A stretch of DNA of 64,000 bases, taken from NCBI GenBank assembly GCA_027317105.1, contig DAHVFH010000039.1, forward strand, positions 7,891 to 71,890. Direction: 5' to 3'. The notes below the pieces were generated by a model. That model had not been told where the DNA came from. It did not search any database and was given only the letters and a program-made list of their open reading frames with translations. Position numbers and translations under genes: made by a program. The DNA comes from Cytophagales bacterium. GTDB taxonomy: Bacteria; Bacteroidota; Bacteroidia; Cytophagales; Cyclobacteriaceae. Every line of letters begins with the position of its first letter. The stretch's first letter is position 1. Below are positions 44,722 through 54,733 of the stretch, one piece after another.

Positions 44722-46716
44722 ATGAAATATTTTGTGCCTCTTCTGTTGCTGTTATCTACTTCCGCGACCTTTTCGCAAAAGCCCTTTGTCCCGTCTGATG
44801 TATATAAGATAAAATCGATTTCTGACCCTCAAGTTTCACCAGAAGGAAAATGGGTAGCCTTTGTACTATCGACACCTGATTCTGCCAAAGATAAATCGAT
44901 ATCAAATATTTGGATGATTAATTGGGATGGCAGTGAATCGGTAAAACTTACAGCCAGTCAGGATGGCGAAAGCCGCCCACGATGGTCTCCCGATGGAAAA
45001 TATTTAACCTTTCTTTCTTCGCGTTACGATACCAAGTCCTCACAAATTTGGAAAATGGACAGACGCGGAGGCGAGGCGGAAAAGCTTACCGAATTAAAAT
45101 TCAGTATTGGCGATTATGTGTGGAGTCCGGATTCAAAAAAAATTGTTTTGGTCATTCAAGATCAGGAATCTTCTGATGAGATTGAAAAAAAGAAAAGTGC
45201 AAAGCCCATTGTCATTGATCGTTATCATTTCAAATCGGATGGACAAGGATATATGGAGCGCAAACGTAGTCATCTTTATTTGTTCGATATGGAGACCAAA
45301 AAATTGGATACGCTCACAAAAGGTGATTTTGATGAAACTCTTCCGATATGGTCACCCGACAGCAAACGAATTGTTTTTGTAAGCAACAGGACGGTGGATC
45401 CAGATCGAAACAGCAATACAGATTTGTGGGCCATTGAAGCCGAAAGAAATACACCGATGAAACAGCTTACGAAATGGACCGGTGCGGATACCAATCCTGC
45501 TTTTAGCCCTGATGGAAAATGGATTGCCTATTTGAAATCCCAATTGCCAACCTATAGTATGTATGATCAACCCCAACTGGCGTTGATTCCAGCAGATGGG
45601 GGGGAGCCAAAAATATTGAATGCCACACTCGACCGCGATGTTTCATCGCCTCATTGGGCGAATGACAGCCAATCGATTTATGTAAACAGTGAAGATGACC
45701 GAAGAAGTAATGTGGCAGCTTTTGACTTGTCGGGAAGTAAAAAGAATATCACATCAGGTGATCACGTTGTGCATTCCTTGCAGCTTGGAGGTAGCAATTG
45801 GGTAGCGTTGGTCAGTGATCCAACTACTCCAAGTGAAATTTATGCCATTGAAAATGGAACCCCACGCAGACTTACGCACGTGCATGAAGAATTTATAAAA
45901 TCAAAGCGATTGGCTAACGTAGAAGCATTCAATTCAAAGAGTAAAGATGGTACTGATGTCGGTTCGCTGCTCTACCGGCCTTTTGGAAAATCAAAAGAAG
46001 AAAAACTTCCCTTGATTTTGTGGATTCATGGAGGGCCAACTGGACAGGATGATTTTCAGTTTGAAATGATCCCTCAGGTTTTGGCCGCCAAAGGTTATGC
46101 TGTAGCTTGCGTGAACTACAGAGGAAGCAATGGACGTGGTATGGCTTACAGTAAAGCGATTTCTGGTGACTGGGGAAACAAGGAAGTAGTTGATTTGATT
46201 GGCGCAGTGGATCATTTGATCAAAATTGGAGTGGCAGATCCTGAAAAGCTAGGAATTGGTGGATGGAGCTATGGGGGCATTCTTACGGATTATGTGACTG
46301 CCTCCGATCCACGGTTTAAAGTGGCTGCGAGTGGCGCAGGTAGTGCCTTGCAACTCTCCATGTATGGCACTGATCAGTATGTGTTGCAATATGAAAATGA
46401 ATTGGGTGTGCCTTGGAAAAATATGGACAAGTGGATGAAGGTATCTTACCCGTTTTTAAATGTCGAAAAAATCAAAACCCCCACGTTATACATGGTGGGC
46501 GAAAAGGATTTTAATGTTCCCGCCACTGGCGGTGAGCAAATGTATCAAGCGTTGAAGTCATTGGGCGTGCCTACTGAATTTATTATCTATCCCAATCAAC
46601 ATCATGGTATTCGGGTGCCAAGTTACCAGAAAGACAGGCTTACTCGGTATTTAGATTGGTATGAGAAATATTTAGGGGTGACCAAGCTAAAAGATAAATT
46701 ACTCGAAAAGAAATAG
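44722..46716 (+). CDS. S9-family serine peptidase (beta-propeller plus alpha/beta-hydrolase)
   Basis: Signal peptide from MKYFVPLLLL. Repeated SPDG/SPDSK propeller motifs. Catalytic GGWSYGG, with later D and H (NQHHGI). Confidence 0.88.
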   Translation: MKYFVPLLLLLSTSATFSQKPFVPSDVYKIKSISDPQVSPEGKWVAFVLSTPDSAKDKSISNIWMINWDGSESVKLTASQDGESRPRWSPDGKYLTFLSSRYDTKSSQIWKMDRRGGEAEKLTELKFSIGDYVWSPDSKKIVLVIQDQESSDEIEKKKSAKPIVIDRYHFKSDGQGYMERKRSHLYLFDMETKKLDTLTKGDFDETLPIWSPDSKRIVFVSNRTVDPDRNSNTDLWAIEAERNTPMKQLTKWTGADTNPAFSPDGKWIAYLKSQLPTYSMYDQPQLALIPADGGEPKILNATLDRDVSSPHWANDSQSIYVNSEDDRRSNVAAFDLSGSKKNITSGDHVVHSLQLGGSNWVALVSDPTTPSEIYAIENGTPRRLTHVHEEFIKSKRLANVEAFNSKSKDGTDVGSLLYRPFGKSKEEKLPLILWIHGGPTGQDDFQFEMIPQVLAAKGYAVACVNYRGSNGRGMAYSKAISGDWGNKEVVDLIGAVDHLIKIGVADPEKLGIGGWSYGGILTDYVTASDPRFKVAASGAGSALQLSMYGTDQYVLQYENELGVPWKNMDKWMKVSYPFLNVEKIKTPTLYMVGEKDFNVPATGGEQMYQALKSLGVPTEFIIYPNQHHGIRVPSYQKDRLTRYLDWYEKYLGVTKLKDKLLEKK

Positions 46717-46838
46717 GGTTTTTACTTTCTGACGTTGAGTCTTCTGTGAACTCATCGAAATTGTTCCTTATTATTAAATCGAATAGAAAATTATAAAAAT
46801 GTATTTTTGTAATACTCGATTTACCAGACCAATGACTT

Positions 46839-48698
46839 GTGGAAAATTATTTACCTCTCTTCGTAATTTTTGTTGTAGCGTGGTTTGTGCCGATGATCCT
46901 ATCCTGGCTGGAGGTTTCAAAGCTGCCTTCCGTGATTGTGGAGATCGTGATGGGCGTGATCGTTGGCCCATTTGTGTTGAATTTTATTTCCGGCAATGAA
47001 GCTTCCTTAAATTTCCTTTCCTATACAGGTTTTCTTTTTTTGATTTTCCTCAGTGGGTTAGCCTTGGACATTCAAAAAATAATAACCTCTTTCCCGAGAG
47101 GGAAACTTCAACGTGTCGATTTTATTAGTAACACTTTCCTTGTAGCCGTTCTCATCTATTTGGGTTGTCTCGCGCTTTCCTTTTTGGTCGTTTATGGTCT
47201 TCCTGTGTTCAATGGAATCAACAAAATGTTCCTGGTAATTTTATTGCCTTCCGTGGCACTGAGTATTATTGTGCCCATTATAAAAAGCGATGGAGAGATA
47301 GGCCGAAAATTTGGACAAATTATTTTATTAGAAGGTGCCATTGCCACGATCATGACCATCCTCATGATTGCGATCTATGCGGGCATTTCACGACACAAGG
47401 GTTTTCAATTTGAGCTCCTCCTGTTCCTCATCATTTTTGTGGTATTTTTTGTGGCTTATAAGGTAGGACGATTCTTGAATAGAGCACCATTGTTTCAGCG
47501 GTTACTTTACAAATTGGAACATGCTGCTTCTCAAATACGCATACGCGGATCGATAGCTGTATTATTGCTTTTCGTAGTAATTGCGAGTAGTATTAATATG
47601 GAGCCCGTGTTGGGTGCATTCTTTGCAGGGGCTTTACTTTCATTATTTTTAGCTAAGGATCGGTCTGCGCTTCTATTCAAACTCGATGGCATGAGCTATG
47701 GATTTTTCATTCCCATCTTTTTTATTATGGTAGGAGTGAAGTTAGACATGAATTCGCTGAAGGATTTTTCTGCCAGTTTCAATTTGATCCTTTTGCTCAC
47801 GGTCGCGTTTTATCTTACGCAGTTGGTTCCTGCTTCCATTATGGTAAAACTATTCGGATGGAAAAGATCACTTTCGTCCGGTATTTTACTCACTTCTCGA
47901 TTAGGGCTTACCATTGCTACAGCACAAATTGGATTGTCACTAAATGTAATCAGTCCGGCTACCAATGCAGCTATTGTGGTGGCTGGAATTCTTACTTGCA
48001 TATTATCTCCTATTCTTTATAAATATTTGAATTCCAAAGAGGATCACTATTACAGTATCTACATCGTAGGAGGTGGCCCAGCAGGGTTAGAGCTAGCAAA
48101 ACGTTTAGAGCTTCATGGAATATCATATTTAGTGATAGAATCCCAAACGGAGAATTGGAAAATATTGGAATCAATTGGTATCGAATCAATTTTTGCCAAT
48201 GATCTTAAAGAAGAAGTCTATCGTGGGCTGAAGATTAGACCGGTGGACACGGTGGTAGTCCTTACCCATTCAGATACAAAAAACATTACCATTGCCAAGC
48301 TGCTTAAAACTAAGTTGGGCCACAGCAAGTTAATCACCGTAACCACAAAACCTGAGCTTTACCAAAAGCACAAGGAACTTGATGAGATGCCGGTGGTGAA
48401 TGCGTATGATGTTGTAGCGGCAAGTATTGAAAATGAAATCATTCGACCAGATACCTCACAAGGTTTGACGAATAGTTTTGGGGTTTACAGTGTGGAAGAG
48501 ATTGGGATAAAAAATAAATCTGTAGATGGTAAGCTCGTAAAGGAAATTCCATTTCCGCACGCAGGATCGCTTATTGTCGTTCGAAGGGAAAACGAAATAT
48601 TTATTCCCCATGGAGACACCCAGATGCGGCTCGGTGACCTAGTGACCGTCATAGGTAATGCAGAAGCTTTAGAAGAATTCAGAAAACTTCTTGGCTAA
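46839..48698 (+). CDS. CPA2-family cation:proton antiporter with C-terminal TrkA-N/TrkA-C (RCK) domains
   Basis: GTG start. About 12 TM helices. IVGGGPAGLELAKRL Rossmann motif and a C-terminal RCK_C segment (GDLVTVIGNAEALEEF). Confidence 0.85.
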   Translation: MENYLPLFVIFVVAWFVPMILSWLEVSKLPSVIVEIVMGVIVGPFVLNFISGNEASLNFLSYTGFLFLIFLSGLALDIQKIITSFPRGKLQRVDFISNTFLVAVLIYLGCLALSFLVVYGLPVFNGINKMFLVILLPSVALSIIVPIIKSDGEIGRKFGQIILLEGAIATIMTILMIAIYAGISRHKGFQFELLLFLIIFVVFFVAYKVGRFLNRAPLFQRLLYKLEHAASQIRIRGSIAVLLLFVVIASSINMEPVLGAFFAGALLSLFLAKDRSALLFKLDGMSYGFFIPIFFIMVGVKLDMNSLKDFSASFNLILLLTVAFYLTQLVPASIMVKLFGWKRSLSSGILLTSRLGLTIATAQIGLSLNVISPATNAAIVVAGILTCILSPILYKYLNSKEDHYYSIYIVGGGPAGLELAKRLELHGISYLVIESQTENWKILESIGIESIFANDLKEEVYRGLKIRPVDTVVVLTHSDTKNITIAKLLKTKLGHSKLITVTTKPELYQKHKELDEMPVVNAYDVVAASIENEIIRPDTSQGLTNSFGVYSVEEIGIKNKSVDGKLVKEIPFPHAGSLIVVRRENEIFIPHGDTQMRLGDLVTVIGNAEALEEFRKLLG

Positions 48699-48741
48699 GC
48701 GCATCGCCTTTCATTTTCTTGTAATGATATTTTACTTTTCC

Positions 48742-49971
48742 CTACCTCAATGCTGCCAGACGCTGCAGCAGTGGGGGATGCGAGTAATGAAAGAAAACGT
48801 AAGCCGGATGCGGATATAAGTCGCTGAGCGAATCGACCGAAAGTTTCTTCAGCGCATTGGCCAATGCCTTACCATCATACTTTTCTTTCGCATAATGATC
48901 TGCCTCGAATTCATTTCTACGGCTGTACAGACTCGTAAGCAAACCGGTGATTCCGGAGATAGGGGAGAAGAAAATGGTGAAGGCAATAAGGTTAAGGTGG
49001 ATGCCCATTTGGTCTCCGCCCAAAGCCAGGGAAACATTGGTATTGAAGACCATGAGCGAGAGCACCCAAAGGGTGAAAAAAATCTGGATGACAGACAATA
49101 GGTAGCCGAAAACAATGTGTTTCTTTTTGAAATGCCCAACCTCGTGGGCGAGCACGGCCACCAATTCTTCCTTGGTGTGGTTGGTGATCAAGGTGTCGAA
49201 CAATACAATTTTCTTTTTCTTGCCGAAACCAGAAAAAAAAGCGTTGGCTTTATTTGATCTTTTCGACCCGTCCATCACGAATATGTTATCGAGCGGAAAA
49301 TTTACTTTTTCAGAAAATTCTTCAATCGCGTTTTTTAGCTCTCCTTCAGGCAAGGGCGTAAGCTTGTTGAACAAAGGCAAAATCAGGGACGTGTAAAATA
49401 AGTTGGCTAATAAGATAAAGGCCGAAGCAACCAGACCGAACCAAATCCAGAAAGGAGGCCCGATCTTTTCAATGAGGTAAATCAACGCGGATAGTAAAAT
49501 CCAACCTATTGCGGCACCTAACAAATAACCTTTTGCTTTATCTATAAAGAAAGTTTTTATGGTTGTTTTGTTGAAGCCGTATTTCTCTTCGATGACAAAC
49601 ACCGAATGCCATTGAAATGGAAGCGTGAGTACGTCTGAGGCAATGGCCAGCACGCCAAAAAAGATAAGGGCAAGTGGGATTTCTGAGTGGATATAATTTC
49701 TGAACAAGTTATCCAGCCAGCCGAAGCCGCCAAGCAGAAGCATCAACAAAGAAAGGCATAGGTTAAAAGCTGAGGTTAAGAACGAAAAATTCGTTTGTTC
49801 GCGATGGTAATCCAGCGACTTTAGGTATTTTTCCTTTTCATAGAATTCGGAAATTTCACTAGGGATATCCTTACGTTGGGCACGGAGATTTAGGTATTCC
49901 AGAAATTGATCGAACAGATAACTAACGATGACGATGCCTAAAATGATGTATAAAATAGTTTGTGGGTTCAT
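48742..49971 (-). CDS. M48-family zinc metallopeptidase (Ste24/HtpX-like)
   Basis: HEVGHFKKKH (HExxH) with downstream NEFEAD. Multi-TM N-terminal half. Confidence 0.88.
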   Translation of the reverse strand: MNPQTILYIILGIVIVSYLFDQFLEYLNLRAQRKDIPSEISEFYEKEKYLKSLDYHREQTNFSFLTSAFNLCLSLLMLLLGGFGWLDNLFRNYIHSEIPLALIFFGVLAIASDVLTLPFQWHSVFVIEEKYGFNKTTIKTFFIDKAKGYLLGAAIGWILLSALIYLIEKIGPPFWIWFGLVASAFILLANLFYTSLILPLFNKLTPLPEGELKNAIEEFSEKVNFPLDNIFVMDGSKRSNKANAFFSGFGKKKKIVLFDTLITNHTKEELVAVLAHEVGHFKKKHIVFGYLLSVIQIFFTLWVLSLMVFNTNVSLALGGDQMGIHLNLIAFTIFFSPISGITGLLTSLYSRRNEFEADHYAKEKYDGKALANALKKLSVDSLSDLYPHPAYVFFHYSHPPLLQRLAALR

Positions 49972-50019
49972 GTATTGCAGTAATTTTAAGGGGCAAAGTT
50001 ACATTTTTCAAATTTAGTT

Positions 50020-50415
50020 ATGGCGTTCACCATCAATACTCCTGCGCTTTTATTCCCGGCCATCACGTTACTGATGCTTGCGTATACCAACCGCTTTTTG
50101 GCGCTGGCCACGCTTATCCGCAACCTTCATAAAAAGTACCAACAAGTGCCTGAAGAGCGGGCTTTGGTGCATGAGCAAATCAAGAACCTGAAACGAAGAT
50201 TGGTTTTAATCAAGCAGATGCAGGCATCCGGAATTTTTAGTTTTTTCCTATGCGTGCTTTGCATGTTGTTTGTCTATTTTGGTTTCGAGCTTTGGGGTTT
50301 TGCTACTTTCGGGTTGAGCCTTGTGTTTCTTTTGCTTTCCCTAGGACTTTCTCTCAATGAAGTTTACATTAGTACCCGAGCGCTGGAGATTGAGTTGAAG
50401 GATATGGAGGGCTAA
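50020..50415 (+). CDS. DUF2721-like membrane protein
   Basis: PALLFPAITLLMLAYTNRFLALATLIRNLH is characteristic of the family. 3 TM helices. Confidence 0.6.
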   Translation: MAFTINTPALLFPAITLLMLAYTNRFLALATLIRNLHKKYQQVPEERALVHEQIKNLKRRLVLIKQMQASGIFSFFLCVLCMLFVYFGFELWGFATFGLSLVFLLLSLGLSLNEVYISTRALEIELKDMEG

Positions 50416-51746
50416 GAGGTCAGTAATTTCTGGATTGCCTTATTGGTTTTACCAAACTGAAATGAAGCCAGTGTTCTGTCAAAATTTTCCTTGATTTTAT
50501 CGTTGCACAAATTGCCAATACTTCCTTCGTGAGTGTGATTGATTTTAGTAGAATAAGCAAACGTACCTTCTTCAACAGCTGCTCCAATTTTTTTGTATGC
50601 ATCGCGGAACGGCACGCCAGCCAAAACAAGTTTGTTCACCTCCTCTACGCTGAATAAGAATTTATATTTCTCGTCCTCTAAAATATTGTTTTTGATTTTA
50701 ATGTTGGCCAACATCAACCCTGTCATTTTAAGGCAGTCGTTCAACAACTGGAAGGCAGGAAAGATTTTCTCCTTCAATAATTGAAAGTCGCGATGGTAGC
50801 CCGATGGCAAGTTGCTGGTAAGCAAAACAATTTCGTTCGGTAAGGCCTGGAGTGAATTGCATTTTCCGCGTATCAATTCGAATACATCCGGATTCTTTTT
50901 GTGCGGCATGATGCTGCTGCCTGTAGTAAGTTCATCAGGGAAGGAAACAAATCCAAAATTTTGATTTAAGAAAAGGCAAACGTCCATGGCCAGCTTTGAA
51001 AGCGTGGCCGCCACGTTTGCTAGGGCTTGTGCTACGATTCGTTCCGTTTTGCCGCGTCCCATTTGGGCATACACCACATTGTAGTTCAAATCATCGAAGC
51101 CTAAAAGTTCGGTGGTCATTTTACGGTTTAATGGAAAGGACGATCCGTAACCAGCGGCAGAACCCAAGGGGTTTTTGTTGGTGATGCTGTAAGCGGATTG
51201 AAGTGTGATTAAATCATCAGCGAGGCTTTCAGCAAAAGCACCAAACCAAAGTCCGAAGGAGGAGGGCATAGCCAATTGTAAATGCGTGTAACCTGGAAGA
51301 AGTTGATGTTGATGTTCTTCGCTCTTGGAAATGAGCAGATCAAAAAGATTCTTTATGGCCTCGACTGAATTTTGAATTTCATTTCTCAAAAAGAGCTTGA
51401 TGTCCACCAGTACCTGATCATTGCGGCTGCGGCCACTGTGTATTTTTTTTCCGGCTTCGCCAAGCTTTTTGGTGAGCAGCACTTCAATCTGAGAGTGGAT
51501 ATCTTCTATGCCTTCCTCTATCTTGAAATTTCCCTTTTGGATTTCGGCATAGATGGATTTTAACTCATGAGAAAGGGTAGACCACTCAGCCTTGGTTAAA
51601 AGACCAACCGATTCCAGCATTTGGATATGCGCCAAGGAACCGAGTACATCAAAACGGGAAAGGTAAAGATCCATTTCGCCATCTTTCCCAACTGTAAACT
51701 CACTTACTTCTTTGAGTGAGTCTTTATCTTTTTGCCAGAGTTTCAT
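50412..51746 (-). CDS. argH: Argininosuccinate lyase
   Basis: GSSIMPHKKNPD signature, SRNDQV, 444 aa. Confidence 0.95.
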   Translation of the reverse strand: MKLWQKDKDSLKEVSEFTVGKDGEMDLYLSRFDVLGSLAHIQMLESVGLLTKAEWSTLSHELKSIYAEIQKGNFKIEEGIEDIHSQIEVLLTKKLGEAGKKIHSGRSRNDQVLVDIKLFLRNEIQNSVEAIKNLFDLLISKSEEHQHQLLPGYTHLQLAMPSSFGLWFGAFAESLADDLITLQSAYSITNKNPLGSAAGYGSSFPLNRKMTTELLGFDDLNYNVVYAQMGRGKTERIVAQALANVAATLSKLAMDVCLFLNQNFGFVSFPDELTTGSSIMPHKKNPDVFELIRGKCNSLQALPNEIVLLTSNLPSGYHRDFQLLKEKIFPAFQLLNDCLKMTGLMLANIKIKNNILEDEKYKFLFSVEEVNKLVLAGVPFRDAYKKIGAAVEEGTFAYSTKINHTHEGSIGNLCNDKIKENFDRTLASFQFGKTNKAIQKLLTS

Positions 51747-52321
51747 AAGAACAAGTTATTCAATTTTGCGTACTGAAGCAGCATTATGGTTTTTCCGTCT
51801 TTTATTTCTTGGGTTTCAATCATGCCGTAAGCCTTTTCGAAATCCAGTTCGAGTACGTCAATATCTTCGTGTTCGTCTACCCCACCACCAGCGCTGACTT
51901 TCATAGATTTTTCATATTCCGCAATAAAAAAATAGAGCACCTCAGTCACTGACCCAGGCGACATGTAAGCTTCAAAAATTTTCTTTACGGAAGAAACCTT
52001 GTAGCCTGTTTCTTCTTCTGTCTCTCTTTTAATGCAATCTTCGGGGTTGTCCAGATCGAGCAAGCCAGCGCATGCTTCAATCAACATCCCAGATGGATTT
52101 CCATTAACAAAAGTTGGCAATCGGAATTGTCTGGTAAGGATAATTGTTTTTTGCTTCTTATTATACAAGAGTATCGTAGAGCCATTTCCTCGATCGTACG
52201 CCTCACGGTTTTGGGTCACCCATTGACCGTCCTTCCGTTGAAAATCATAGGTGATTTTTCTAAGCGTATACCAGTTATTTGATAATATTTCGGTGTTGGT
52301 AATTTTTACTCGTTCGTTCAT
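51743..52321 (-). CDS. NUDIX hydrolase (NudK/nucleoside-diphosphate-sugar pyrophosphatase-like)
   Basis: Nudix box AGLLDLDNPEDCIKRETEEETGY. Its stop overlaps the argH start (ATGA). Confidence 0.8.
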   Translation of the reverse strand: MNERVKITNTEILSNNWYTLRKITYDFQRKDGQWVTQNREAYDRGNGSTILLYNKKQKTIILTRQFRLPTFVNGNPSGMLIEACAGLLDLDNPEDCIKRETEEETGYKVSSVKKIFEAYMSPGSVTEVLYFFIAEYEKSMKVSAGGGVDEHEDIDVLELDFEKAYGMIETQEIKDGKTIMLLQYAKLNNLFL

Positions 52322-52417
52322 ATTGAAAATATAGGAATGAATTAATTATAACGGACGATTTGATTACAAGTTTTCGATTAGGTCAATGTAGAGCTCAATC
52401 CCCCTCTCGATGTCTCC

Positions 52418-53419
52418 TCAATAAATAAATTCATCGGCACTGTGAGAACGAGCGGAATCGCCTGGGCCTATTTTAACCGAAGGCACAGGGATCAATGCCT
52501 GATCTGATGTAGTGGGTGAACCATAAAGGTTAAACCCTAGCTTCTTACCCGCTAAAGCCAATGGGTGATTTTCTTCAATGCCAGAAGGACGAAGCCGGAG
52601 GGATCGAGGGGTAACATCACATTTCACATTTTGTTTTACGGTATCAAGAATCTCTTCCAGCGAATAAACGTCTGTAGCGCGACAATCAACGGTAAACTTG
52701 CATTCAGGTGGCACTTGGTTATGCGCCTGCCCTGCATTGATCATCGTTACCGACATTTTTACTTTTCCAAGGGTGGAGGAAATCTTTGGGAACTGGTAAG
52801 TTCTGAGCCATCCAATATCGGTTAGTGCTTCGTAGATTGCATTCACGCCTTCTTCGCGGGCAGCGTGCCCTGCTTTGCCTTTGGCTACACAATCCAAAAC
52901 CAGCAAACCCTTTTCGGCAATAGCCATATCCATCAAGGTAGGCTCGCCTACAATCGCGAAATCGATTTTTGGAAGCTCATTCCAGATCAGCTCGATTCCA
53001 CCCGTTCCTGAAATCTCTTCTTCCGCTGTTGCCGCAAAGACTAAATTGTATTTTAAATTCCGCTCACCGTAGAAATAAAAATAAGTGAGAATCAACGATA
53101 CCAATGGACCACCCGCATCGTTGCTCCCTAATCCATAAAGTTTTCCGTCTTCAATCAAAGGAGAAAATGGATCACGCGTGTAACCTGAATTGGGTTTCAC
53201 CGTATCGTGATGAGAATTTAACAGAATGGTGGGTTTTGCAGGGTCAAAGAATTTGTTTTTTGTCCAAACATTATTCCCTTTGCGGGAAGTCTCAATTTCA
53301 TAATGCTTAAAGAAACTCTCTATTAAGGACGCAGTTTTATTTTCTTCTTTACTGAAAGATGGCACGCTTATTAATTGTTGAAGCAATTCTACGGCAATTG
53401 GAAAAAGGTGTTCTTTCAT
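52418..53419 (-). CDS. argE: M20-family acetylornithine deacetylase-like protein (ArgE), ending at an in-frame TGA with 17 further homologous-looking codons downstream
   Basis: M20 motifs (LNSHHDTV, GLGSNDAGG, AEEE) and operon context. After ...SADEFIY-TGA the same frame reads GDIERGIELYIDLIENL-TAA (52364-52417). Confidence 0.8.
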   Translation of the reverse strand: MKEHLFPIAVELLQQLISVPSFSKEENKTASLIESFFKHYEIETSRKGNNVWTKNKFFDPAKPTILLNSHHDTVKPNSGYTRDPFSPLIEDGKLYGLGSNDAGGPLVSLILTYFYFYGERNLKYNLVFAATAEEEISGTGGIELIWNELPKIDFAIVGEPTLMDMAIAEKGLLVLDCVAKGKAGHAAREEGVNAIYEALTDIGWLRTYQFPKISSTLGKVKMSVTMINAGQAHNQVPPECKFTVDCRATDVYSLEEILDTVKQNVKCDVTPRSLRLRPSGIEENHPLALAGKKLGFNLYGSPTTSDQALIPVPSVKIGPGDSARSHSADEFIY

Positions 53420-53420
53420 A

Positions 53421-54209
53421 TTAAGCGGTTATCAACGTGCCTTTTGTTTCGCGACCTATGTTGGCAATTAAATGTGAATGTTCACCAATCAGCACTTCTT
53501 TTACGCCAGATCGGATTGCCGAGAAGGCGTTTTCTAATTTCGGCAAAATGCCTTCGTGAAAAGATCCCTCATCCAAAAGTTTTTGGTAAAGCTCGCTATT
53601 CAGATTTCGGATCACTGATTTCGGATCATTAACATCTTTCAAAACGCCTTCTTTTTCAAAACAGAAGATAAGCCTGACTTCAAAGTACTTACTTAAGGCG
53701 GTACCCATCACGGCAGTAATCGTATCTGCGTTTGTGTTTAAGATTTCTCCTTGCGCGTGCGTAAGTGGGGCAAAAACAGGAACTGTATTTTGCTGCAAAA
53801 GAAAGTTGAGAAAGGCAGCGTTTACATCCTCGGGTGCGATATCACCGACAAAGCCATAATCGATTTTTCCTATCGGCCGCTTTACCGCGCGAATAAGGTT
53901 TCCATCTGTTCCCGTTACTCCAATCGCGTTGCAGTTTAGATTTTGAAGACGTGCCGTTATTTGTTTGTTGATTAGTCCACTGTAAACCATGGTGACGAGG
54001 TCTCGGGTTGCTGCATCAGTAATTCTTCTACCTTCATGGTACTTCGATACAATACCCAGTTGATCCCCAATCTTGGTCGCAATTTTTCCACCACCGTGAA
54101 TAAGGATTTTTGGTTCCTGAATCGAGGCAAAGTCTGATAGGAAAGTACCTAATGCCTCTTCATTATCCAGCACATTGCCTCCAATTTTAATGATGTAGAG
54201 TTTGTCCAT
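53421..54209 (-). CDS. argB: Acetylglutamate kinase
   Basis: IIKIGGNVL, LIHGGG and NTNADT motifs. 262 aa. Confidence 0.92.
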   Translation of the reverse strand: MDKLYIIKIGGNVLDNEEALGTFLSDFASIQEPKILIHGGGKIATKIGDQLGIVSKYHEGRRITDAATRDLVTMVYSGLINKQITARLQNLNCNAIGVTGTDGNLIRAVKRPIGKIDYGFVGDIAPEDVNAAFLNFLLQQNTVPVFAPLTHAQGEILNTNADTITAVMGTALSKYFEVRLIFCFEKEGVLKDVNDPKSVIRNLNSELYQKLLDEGSFHEGILPKLENAFSAIRSGVKEVLIGEHSHLIANIGRETKGTLITA

Positions 54210-54270
54210 TTTTTAATAACTACGAACTAATCCGCGCTTTTATATCGGGATTGAAGAAGAAAATAATGAT

Positions 54271-54699
54271 TTAGTTTAAGTGAAAGGCGGATGATCCTTG
54301 CGGCCTTATTTTATTGATAATCTGCGCTGCGGAATCCATCCCACCTTTAATTACAGCGTAATTGTTTTCTCCTTGGTAGTATCCCTCGATGTGAAGGATG
54401 CGATAAGCTGTTGTAAATTCATTCAGGATTTTTTTATCAATCTCTGCTAATGATTTCTGATAATCTTTCACGTTGATTTGCGATCTTTTTTTCTTTTGAA
54501 TCGGCTTCCCCTTTATTTCAAGAAAGGAATCAAGGGCGAGTAAAACAGCGTTGTAGGCAGTGCCGCAAGCCATGCGTACATATTTCAGGTCTTCATAATA
54601 ACGGTCTTTTTTGCGTGCCTTCGTTTTTAAAATATCCACAGCATTCTCCATGTAACGAACGGCTTCTCGGTAACGCATTTCCTTTTCCTGTGTACTCAT
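54271..54699 (-). CDS. Small all-helical hypothetical protein (HEPN-like / DUF5618-like; assignment from memory)
   Basis: 142 aa, predicted helical, with ACGTAYNAVLLALDSFLEIKG and AYRILHIEGYY. Sits between argF' and argB. Confidence 0.45.
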   Translation of the reverse strand: MSTQEKEMRYREAVRYMENAVDILKTKARKKDRYYEDLKYVRMACGTAYNAVLLALDSFLEIKGKPIQKKKRSQINVKDYQKSLAEIDKKILNEFTTAYRILHIEGYYQGENNYAVIKGGMDSAAQIINKIRPQGSSAFHLN

Positions 54700-54733
54700 A
54701 ACTCAAATTTACTCAAAATTTCTTCGCTAAGTA

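Noticed and set aside
52418-52420. The in-frame TGA in argE as selenocysteine, or as evidence of a TGA-recoded genetic code.
   Set aside because: Other genes in the window clearly terminate at TGA (for example ccoS and the 39151-39519 lipoprotein gene). No SECIS-like hairpin is evident downstream, and the expected residue at this position is not Cys or Sec.
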